Shown piece after piece: positions 8,390-15,453 of a DNA stretch of 24,643 nucleotides (the stretch's first letter is position 1; every line of letters starts with the position of its first letter). Both the position numbers and the translations under genes were made by a program. The notes under the pieces are model-generated. The model worked only from the letters and a program-made list of their open reading frames with translations, was not told the DNA's origin and did no database searches. The stretch comes from Chthonomonadales bacterium (GTDB lineage: Bacteria > Armatimonadota > Chthonomonadetes > Chthonomonadales > Chthonomonadaceae), in assembly GCA_038217285.1 (NCBI GenBank), contig JBBQPO010000058.1:1-24643 (forward strand). The letters run 5' to 3'.

Positions 8390-10201
8390 ATGAAATGGAA
8401 ATACCTGACCGTTGGTCTGCTCGGACTGTTCGCCATCGCGACCGTCGGATCGGCCTATGCGCAGTCGAGCGCGACGCTGAAGCCAGTCGAGATCGATCAT
8501 CTCGTGCGGGCCGAGTGGCAGAAAGAGGGGGTCGTTCCGGCCGCACCGGCAGACGATGCCCGCTATCTGCGCCGTATCTATCTCGATATCACCGGCACGA
8601 TCCCGCCGCCGGAAGTCGTCAGCGAATTTCTGACGGACCGCTCACCGGACCGACGCGCCAAGGCGGTTGATCGTCTGCTCGATAGTCCGAACTATGTTGC
8701 CAACTGGACCAACTACTGGGATCGTATCCTGATGTTCGGCCGCATGGAGCAGCCGCGTATGGTGGATAAGGGCGCGTTTCGTGCCTGGCTCAGCGGCCAG
8801 GTCGACAAAAACACCCCCTGGAATAAGTTTGTCTACGACCTCATCACCGCGACCGGCCAGAACAGCGCCGGGGGTGATTATAATAAGATCCGGCAAGGTC
8901 TACAGCCCACCAGCGCGACCGATGCGGACGGTCATACGATCAACGGCGCGACCAACTGGGTGCTGCGCTTCAATGGCAAACCAGAGGATCTTTCGGGAAC
9001 GGCTTCGAAGATCTTTCTCGGAGTGCAGATCCAGTGCGCGCAGTGCCACGACCACAAGACCGAGAAGTGGAAGCAGACCGATTTCCGCTCCTTCACCGCC
9101 TGTTTCGTCAACACCCGCCCGAAGCCTGTCAACCCCGAGGGCTACCGCGATAAGATGGCGAAGGACTACCGGATGGAGTTGACGGATGTCAACCGACCGT
9201 TTGTGCCCCGCGGCAAGAAGGTGGTAAACGACATAGCAGTCTATGCGACTGCCAAACCGGCGGCGCTGGACGGAACCGACTTCTCGGACACGGCCAACCG
9301 GCGCCAGGCCCTCGCCGCCTGGATGACCGCGAAAGAGAATCCCTGGTTTGCCGAGGCGATCGTCAACCGCATGTGGTCGCACTTCCTGGGGCGCGGATTC
9401 GTGGAGCCGATCGATGACTTCCGCCCCTCGAACCCGACGATCATGCCCGACCTGATGGCGCGCCTTTCCGACGACTTCGTCGGCAGCGGCTACGATATGA
9501 AGCACCTGATTCACACCATCTGCGCAACCCAGGTCTATCAGCTCTCGTCCGCTCCCGCCGGAAAGACCGATCCGAACAATACGCTCTGGGCGCGGTTCCG
9601 GCTGAAACCGATGGGGCCGTCGCAGCTCGTGGACTCCCTGGTGCAGGCGACCAATACCAAGCCGGTGCTGGAGCAGTTGGGCGGCGGCAATCTGGACGCG
9701 ATCAAACTCAACGTCGAACGGCAGTTCTCGTTCCTATTCGATGTCGATGAGGAGTTCGAGCAGAAAGACTTCGAAGGCACCATTCCGCAGGCGCTGCTGA
9801 TGCTGAACGGCGGAATCGTCAACACCTCGGTGACGCCCATACCCGGCACCGCGCTCGCCGATACGCTGACGATGCCCGGCAGCGACGCTCTGAAGATCGA
9901 AGCCCTCTATATGCGGACGCTCTCCCGGAAGCCAACCTCCGCAGAACTGAAGAACTGGACCCGATTTGTCGATGCACCGCGGGAGATGGTGAACGATGGC
10001 CGACAGCCGCAGCCCGGAGGCCGGCAGCCGATGCGTCCGAACGGAAAGCCCGGGAAGGGTATGCAGGCTCCGTCCGGGTTCAACCCGCTGGCCCGCGCCG
10101 CCAACCGGATCGATCCGGCCTTTAAGACGGCAAAAGGACAGGCTTACGAAGATATGTTCTGGGCCCTGCTGAACTCCAGCGAGTTCCTGTTCAACCATTA
10201 A
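8390..10201 (+). CDS. DUF1549/DUF1553 (PSCyt2/PSD1, planctomycete cytochrome c-like) exported protein
   Basis: Signal peptide MKWKYLTVGLLGLFAIATVGSAYA; YLRRIYLDITGTIP; FLGVQIQCAQCHDH (CxxCH); VNRMWSHFLGRGFVEPIDD; WALLNSSEFLFNH. Start moved to ATG 8390 (AAGGGG upstream). Confidence 0.92.
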   Translation: MKWKYLTVGLLGLFAIATVGSAYAQSSATLKPVEIDHLVRAEWQKEGVVPAAPADDARYLRRIYLDITGTIPPPEVVSEFLTDRSPDRRAKAVDRLLDSPNYVANWTNYWDRILMFGRMEQPRMVDKGAFRAWLSGQVDKNTPWNKFVYDLITATGQNSAGGDYNKIRQGLQPTSATDADGHTINGATNWVLRFNGKPEDLSGTASKIFLGVQIQCAQCHDHKTEKWKQTDFRSFTACFVNTRPKPVNPEGYRDKMAKDYRMELTDVNRPFVPRGKKVVNDIAVYATAKPAALDGTDFSDTANRRQALAAWMTAKENPWFAEAIVNRMWSHFLGRGFVEPIDDFRPSNPTIMPDLMARLSDDFVGSGYDMKHLIHTICATQVYQLSSAPAGKTDPNNTLWARFRLKPMGPSQLVDSLVQATNTKPVLEQLGGGNLDAIKLNVERQFSFLFDVDEEFEQKDFEGTIPQALLMLNGGIVNTSVTPIPGTALADTLTMPGSDALKIEALYMRTLSRKPTSAELKNWTRFVDAPREMVNDGRQPQPGGRQPMRPNGKPGKGMQAPSGFNPLARAANRIDPAFKTAKGQAYEDMFWALLNSSEFLFNH

Positions 10202-10305
10202 ATCAACGCGCTTCACGCCGGGGCGACCAACCCGCCCCGGACATAACTTCACTCGCCTTGCCGATGGGCCGACAACCGGTTCGCCCTTACGGAGCCATTA
10301 CGACC

Positions 10306-11682
10306 ATGAAAACCAATGAGATAAGTGAAGAAGAGAGAGAGGTTCTGGAAGACCTCGAAGAGGAGCGGATCCGCGAAGAGAACGGCGGCTCCTGCCCCGG
10401 ACCGGTGGACTCGTTCGCGACCCCGGCGCTTGATCGACGCGGCTTCGTCAAAGTGGGCCTCGGCGGTATGCTGAGCCTGATGATGGCGCAGTGGCTCGAT
10501 CCCCGCGCCGCACAGGCCGCGCAGCAGGCGGGCGCACCGAAGAAAGCCAAAGCCTGCATTCTGCTCTGGATGAACGGCGGCCCTAGCCACCTCGACACCT
10601 GGGACCCAAAGCCGGGGGCCGCGACCGGCGGTCCGCTCAAATCGATCAAGACCCGCGCCACCGGCGTCGAGATCAACGAGCATATGCCGCAGATCGCGGA
10701 CGTGGCGGACCACCTGGCGATTGTGCGCGGCATGACCAGCAAAGAGGGGAACCACCAGAGGGCGCAGTACCTGATGCATACCGGCTATTCGCCGAACCCG
10801 ACGATAACGCATCCCTCTCTGGGCGGCTGGGTGAGTGAAGAGCTGGGAGACCCGAATTTCGATCTGCCCTCGTTCGTCAGCATCAGCGGGCCGAGCCTTA
10901 GCGCCGGCTTTCTGGGAGTGCAGTACGGGCCGCTGGTCATCCAGAAGCCCGGTACGCCACCTGCCAATGTGGCCTATGCGCCCGGCATCAATATGAGCCG
11001 TTTCGACATGCGCCAGAATGCGCTTGGAATGCTGGAAAATCAGTTCGCGGCGGAGACCGGCGACAGCAAGGTGAAGGGCCGCGACGCGGTCTACGGCAAG
11101 GCCGTCCGCATGATGCGATCGCCGCGCCTGAAGGCGTTCGACATCGCCGATGAGCCGGAGGCCGTGAAGACCGCCTACGGCGACACCGACTTCGGCCGGG
11201 GCTGCCTGATGGCCCGACGGCTGGTGGAGTCGGGCGTGAAGTTCGTGGAGGTCGTGCTGGACGGCTGGGACACGCATACCGACAACTTCAATCGCGTGAC
11301 CAAACAGATGAACACCTACGATCCCGCGATGGCGACGCTCGTCAAGGATCTGCAGGCGCGGAACCTGCTGGACAGCACCCTCATCATCTGGATGGGCGAG
11401 TTCGGCCGGACGCCGAAAGTCAATGCCAACGACGGTCGCGATCACTTCCCCGGCGCGTGGAGCGCGGTGATGGCGGGCGGCGGAGTGCGCGGCGGCCAGG
11501 CCTATGGGCAGACCGACGCCGACGGTATGAAAGTCGTCGATAAACAGGTCATCGTTCCCGACCTGTTCGCGACGATCTCCACCTGCTTGGGCATGAACCC
11601 TGCCAAGAGTTTCATGACACCAGTGGGCCGACCCATCTCCATCACCGAGAAGGGAACCCCGGTGAAGGATCTGCTTGTCTGA
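10306..11682 (+). CDS. DUF1501 family protein (Tat-exported, sulfatase/alkaline-phosphatase-like)
   Basis: Twin-arginine DRRGFVK; ILLWMNGGPSHLDTWDPKP; FGRGCLMARRLVESGV; GWDTH; GEFGRTP; GRDH. Start moved to ATG 10306. Confidence 0.93.
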   Translation: MKTNEISEEEREVLEDLEEERIREENGGSCPGPVDSFATPALDRRGFVKVGLGGMLSLMMAQWLDPRAAQAAQQAGAPKKAKACILLWMNGGPSHLDTWDPKPGAATGGPLKSIKTRATGVEINEHMPQIADVADHLAIVRGMTSKEGNHQRAQYLMHTGYSPNPTITHPSLGGWVSEELGDPNFDLPSFVSISGPSLSAGFLGVQYGPLVIQKPGTPPANVAYAPGINMSRFDMRQNALGMLENQFAAETGDSKVKGRDAVYGKAVRMMRSPRLKAFDIADEPEAVKTAYGDTDFGRGCLMARRLVESGVKFVEVVLDGWDTHTDNFNRVTKQMNTYDPAMATLVKDLQARNLLDSTLIIWMGEFGRTPKVNANDGRDHFPGAWSAVMAGGGVRGGQAYGQTDADGMKVVDKQVIVPDLFATISTCLGMNPAKSFMTPVGRPISITEKGTPVKDLLV

Positions 11683-11687
11683 ATCCG

Positions 11688-11876
11688 CCGCCCCTAAAGG
11701 AGCGGCCTGTTGAGGAAGTTAAGGCCCATAAATGGGCCTGGGAGGGCTGGAAAGCAGAACCAAGCTCCTCAATAAGGGAGGCTGACACCCTGTTTCCTTG
11801 CGCCATCGTCCCGGCTCACGTCCGACCCAGCCCCCTTTAGGGGGCTTACCGCATCAGACCGCTCCTTTAGGGGCGG
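11688..11876. repeat. REPIN/MITE-like element with inverted arms each carrying two short hairpins
   Basis: Perfect 18-bp inverted repeat CCGCCCCTAAAGGAGCGG (11688-11705) / CCGCTCCTTTAGGGGCGG (11859-11876). Inner hairpins AGGCCCATAAATGGGCCT and AGCCCCCTTTAGGGGGCT. Confidence 0.75.
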
Positions 11877-11937
11877 GGAGTAAAGCGCGAGGCGGTCGTT
11901 CTTTGCCAGGGCAGGCCCTTTTCAGATCGACCGCAGA

Positions 11938-12591
11938 TCAGCCGCGTGGGGCAATGAGCGCGAGCATCATGATGAAATGACAGAGGCTGCCGCCCATGAC
12001 GAAAATGTGCCAGATCTCGTGACCTTCCACTTTGCCGGGCCAGAGGCGGGGGCGTTCCGTGGCGTAGAAGACGACGCCGCCCGTATAGACGAGGCCACCG
12101 GCCACCATCCAGTTGATGGCTTGCGGAAAATTGGCGTGGAGAGAGGGCAGAATCAGCATCGCCAGCCAGCCCATCACCGCATACAACACCAGACGAATCC
12201 AGTGGGGCATCCCTTTCCAGAGCAGCGTGAGCGCGATCCCGACAACCGCGATTCCGTAGACCGCCAATAGCAGGTTACGGCGCATAGGATCGGGCAGGCA
12301 GAGCAGACAGACGGGGGTATAAGTGCCGGCGATGAGCAGGTAGATGGCGATATAGTCGCAGCGCTGCCACCAGGCCTCCTGCGCTTTAGTGATGTGCAGG
12401 GAGTGATAGAGCGCACTGATCGTATAGAGGACGATCAGACTGGTCCCATAGATCGTGAAGGCGAGGGTGGGAAGAACGCGCCCATGCGCCAGAATGAGCA
12501 GAACGATCAGCCCTGCCACCGAGAGAGCGGCGCCCAGCAGATGCGAGATGCCGTTGAACGGCTCCCGAATCCAGTTACGTTTTGGCTCCAT
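11938..12591 (-). CDS. Haemolysin III / TrhA (PAQR) family membrane protein
   Basis: EPFNGISH, SALYH, DYIAIYLLIAGTYTP, YAVMGW, HEIWHIFVMGGSLCH; about seven hydrophobic segments. Confidence 0.95.
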   Translation of the reverse strand: MEPKRNWIREPFNGISHLLGAALSVAGLIVLLILAHGRVLPTLAFTIYGTSLIVLYTISALYHSLHITKAQEAWWQRCDYIAIYLLIAGTYTPVCLLCLPDPMRRNLLLAVYGIAVVGIALTLLWKGMPHWIRLVLYAVMGWLAMLILPSLHANFPQAINWMVAGGLVYTGGVVFYATERPRLWPGKVEGHEIWHIFVMGGSLCHFIMMLALIAPRG

Positions 12592-12713
12592 AGACCTAGT
12601 CGCTCCCCGTTACGCATGGCGCAGAAAAAGATCGGGAACATTGCCGACGGTCGAATCGTTTACTAACCAGCGCATGTCCTCCTTTTAATTGAAAGTCCAT
12701 CTAATTTAAGATG

Positions 12714-12757
12714 GAGCCTGTGTCGATCCCACGAGGGAATGACACAGGTTCTTTTTT
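12714..12757 (+). terminator. Intrinsic terminator on + strand (antisense to both flanking genes)
   Basis: GAGCCTGTGTC-gatcccacgagggaat-GACACAGGTTC followed by TTTTTT. Confidence 0.6.
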
Positions 12758-12781
12758 GTCTGTATTGATCCTCCGCCGGCT

Positions 12782-13504
12782 TTAGAGGGCGGCGATGAAG
12801 GCCTCGAACAGTTGGCGCGAGTGGAGATCGTTCGGTGCCGTCTCTTCCGGATGGAACTGCACCGCTACCACATAACGATGGGCAGGACTCTCCGCCGCCT
12901 CGATGATGCCGTCCGGCGCAACCGCTGTCACGACCAGACCGTCGGCCACCTGCTTCAAAGACTGGTGATGGAAGGAGTTGGTCTGCATCTCTTCCACGCC
13001 GACGATACTACGCAGGCGAGAGTCCGGTACGATTCGCACGGAATGAGAGGTCGTATTACGGGGAATGCCGACATCGCTCTGCTGATGGTGAATCGCCGAA
13101 GGCGCTTGAGACGGTATGTCCTGGTAGAGTGTGCCGCCAAGCGCGATATTGAGCGACTGAATGCCCCGGCAGATGGCGAAGACAGGCATATCCTGAGCCA
13201 GAGCGTCCCGGATCAGCGGCAGTTCGGTCGTATCGCGGTCGTCGTCTACCGATCCCAATTTCGGGTGGGGCTCCTCCCCAAAACAGGCCGGAGCGACATC
13301 GACGCCGCCGGAGAGCAGCAGGCCGTCCACCACGCCGAGGTAATGCGCAATCACGTCCGGCTCCCGTGTCACGGGCAGGATCACCGGGATTCCCCCCGCG
13401 TTCTCGATGGCCCAGACATAGGCGCGGTTCAGGTACTGTTTTGGGCCGGAATCGGCTGTGGCCTGGGAAGTGCTGCCGAGGATACCGACGATTTTACGGG
13501 ACAT
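12782..13504 (-). CDS. Peptidase C26 / gamma-glutamyl-gamma-aminobutyrate hydrolase (PuuD-like) class I glutamine amidotransferase
   Basis: DGLLLSGGVDV, nucleophile AICRGIQ, NSFHHQ, triad VQFHPE. Confidence 0.93.
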   Translation of the reverse strand: MSRKIVGILGSTSQATADSGPKQYLNRAYVWAIENAGGIPVILPVTREPDVIAHYLGVVDGLLLSGGVDVAPACFGEEPHPKLGSVDDDRDTTELPLIRDALAQDMPVFAICRGIQSLNIALGGTLYQDIPSQAPSAIHHQQSDVGIPRNTTSHSVRIVPDSRLRSIVGVEEMQTNSFHHQSLKQVADGLVVTAVAPDGIIEAAESPAHRYVVAVQFHPEETAPNDLHSRQLFEAFIAAL

Positions 13505-13521
13505 AAGCGGAACCAGACCTC

Positions 13522-14373
13522 CTAGATAGCTGCGGGCGATGTCGTTGCGGGCGGCAGGACGGCATCACTGTAGGCCGGACGTCGTCGTCGCAAAATGAGG
13601 ATCGCTGTCACGCCGAGAATGACCATGAGGGCGCTGACGATGTGGGTCAGCGTAAGACCCGTCCCTGGAATCAGCGATGCCGTCGCCCCGACGCGGAACG
13701 ACTCGACGATGAAGCGATAGAAGCCGTACATCGCGAGGTAACCGAAGAACATCTCGCCGTCGCGGCGCGGTCGCCGCTCCCACCAGAGCAGAATGAAGAA
13801 GAACGCCAGATTGAAGATCGAGGCGTAGATCTGTGTGGGGTGGCTCGGCGGCGTGAACAGGCCCGGATGCTGCTCGTCGGGAAAACGGATGCCCCAGGGC
13901 AGATCGCAGACGCCGCCGTAGCAGCAGCCGTTGAACAGGCAGCCGAAGCGGCCGATAGTGTAGGCGATGGCCCACGCCGGAGCGCACACATCCCCGACCG
14001 CCAGCAGCGCCATCTTCTTGCGCCGACAGAACCAGACCATATAGAGGATACCGAAAAACATGCCGCCCTGCAGCGTAAGGCCCCCGGACCAGATCTTAAA
14101 AGCATCGACCGGATGATGCACGAAGTTCGCCCAGTCCAGCGCCACAAACGTCAGGCGCGCTCCCGCCAGCCCCAACAACAGCCCCATGATGCCCAGATCG
14201 AAGATACTGTCGGGATCGATGCGGCGTGGAGAGCCTTGGGGTTCGGCGGCCATACGGTGGCGACAGAGTCGCATCGTGCGCCACAGTCCGACCAAAAATC
14301 CCGCGACAAGCAGGGTGCCATAAGCGCGGACAGGGAGGTTGAGGCCAGGAATTGTAAAGAGAATAGGATGCAT
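13522..14373 (-). CDS. lgt: Prolipoprotein diacylglyceryl transferase
   Basis: MHPILF start (14373), GARL, GGLTLQGG, IGRFGCLFNGCCYG, HPTQIY, YRFIVESFR. Confidence 0.95.
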   Translation of the reverse strand: MHPILFTIPGLNLPVRAYGTLLVAGFLVGLWRTMRLCRHRMAAEPQGSPRRIDPDSIFDLGIMGLLLGLAGARLTFVALDWANFVHHPVDAFKIWSGGLTLQGGMFFGILYMVWFCRRKKMALLAVGDVCAPAWAIAYTIGRFGCLFNGCCYGGVCDLPWGIRFPDEQHPGLFTPPSHPTQIYASIFNLAFFFILLWWERRPRRDGEMFFGYLAMYGFYRFIVESFRVGATASLIPGTGLTLTHIVSALMVILGVTAILILRRRRPAYSDAVLPPATTSPAAI

Positions 14374-14380
14374 GGATGGG

Positions 14381-14935
14381 TTACTCCGCCGTCCGTTGGG
14401 CGGTGGGGGGCGTTGCGTCCGCATCGGCTCGGGCGGAGCGGAGGAAGTGAATCAGCAGCAGCACGATGCTGAGCGAGATCGCGGAGTCGGCGATGTTGAA
14501 GATCGGCCAGTGGATGATGCGCGCCTCGAAAAAATCGACGACGAAGCCGAAACGCAGGCGATCCAGCAGGTTCCCGAACGCGCCGCCGAGCGCCAGCGCA
14601 AACGCCCCGGCGATCAGACTGTCGGGGCGCGCCACACGATGGTAGGCAAACAAGAGCGCGACCGCTGCCAGGATCGCGAACCCGATGAAGAGCGGATTGC
14701 CGTGCGGAAGCAGCCCCCAGGCTCCGCCCGTGTTATGCGTCAGCGTTAGCAGAAACGCCTTGCCGAACACCTCGCGCGACTGCTCGTAGGCCAGCGTCTG
14801 TTTGATCCACGCCTTGCTTCCCTGATCGGCGGCAAAGACGATCAGGACGATCAGATAGAAGACGAAAGGGCGCAGCCCGCTCTCCTGGGGAGAGCGGGAT
14901 TGCGGAGATTCGGGAGTGTCGGTAGTCTGGGTCAT
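14381..14935 (-). CDS. lspA: Lipoprotein signal peptidase II
   Basis: DQGSK, NTGGAWG, GGAFGNLLDR, VVDF, FNIADSAI. Confidence 0.96.
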   Translation of the reverse strand: MTQTTDTPESPQSRSPQESGLRPFVFYLIVLIVFAADQGSKAWIKQTLAYEQSREVFGKAFLLTLTHNTGGAWGLLPHGNPLFIGFAILAAVALLFAYHRVARPDSLIAGAFALALGGAFGNLLDRLRFGFVVDFFEARIIHWPIFNIADSAISLSIVLLLIHFLRSARADADATPPTAQRTAE

Positions 14936-15330
14936 GGATTCAGTTGTTCAGCCGCTTCGACAGTCATGGTGGCCCAGGGAATGGCGCGAAGGCGAGCGAC
15001 CGGGATCGGCTTGCCCGTCACCTCGCAGATTCCGTAGGTTCCCTCTTCTATACGGTCGAGCGCGTGGTCGATGTCACGGACGATCGCTTCGACATTTTCC
15101 TGCTGCAACTCCGAGCGCTCCTCATCCTGCAGAATGCTGCCGCCGTCGGCATTGTCGCCGGGATCGAAGGTCGCATATCGCGACAGCTCGTTTTCGCCCG
15201 CATCGCGGGCCTCTTCCAGTTCTTCGGCCTTCTCCTCCGTGAGAACGCCGGTCAGACGCCCTCGCTCCCGCACCAACATAGTGCGGAACTCTTTAAAATT
15301 CAGATCGCTACGTTGCTTCGTGGCACTCAT
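14932..15330 (-). CDS. DksA/TraR family transcription factor (single-cysteine variant)
   Basis: Coiled coil with DNAD tip, ALDRIEEGTYGICEVTGKPIPVARLRAIPWA. Start ATG 15330 with GAGGAG RBS. Confidence 0.92.
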   Translation of the reverse strand: MSATKQRSDLNFKEFRTMLVRERGRLTGVLTEEKAEELEEARDAGENELSRYATFDPGDNADGGSILQDEERSELQQENVEAIVRDIDHALDRIEEGTYGICEVTGKPIPVARLRAIPWATMTVEAAEQLNP

Positions 15331-15453
15331 GGTCTCTCCTCTTCCGGAATGCAGTAGTCTCATCGGTCAGTACGAAACGAACGACGTTTCTGTTTGCGTG
15401 CCCCAACCACCCCGACGCAGGAAGCGCAGTGGGTGGTAGAAACGGCATTCGTA

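Noticed and set aside
9997-10030. Short repeat GGCCGACAGCCG/GGCCGGCAGCCG
   Set aside because: Encodes a low-complexity Pro/Gly linker (GRQP twice) within the DUF1553 protein.
11688-11876. CRISPR array
   Set aside because: Repeats are inverted rather than regularly spaced direct repeats, and there are no cas genes. DinG here is a housekeeping type with no type IV cas neighbours.
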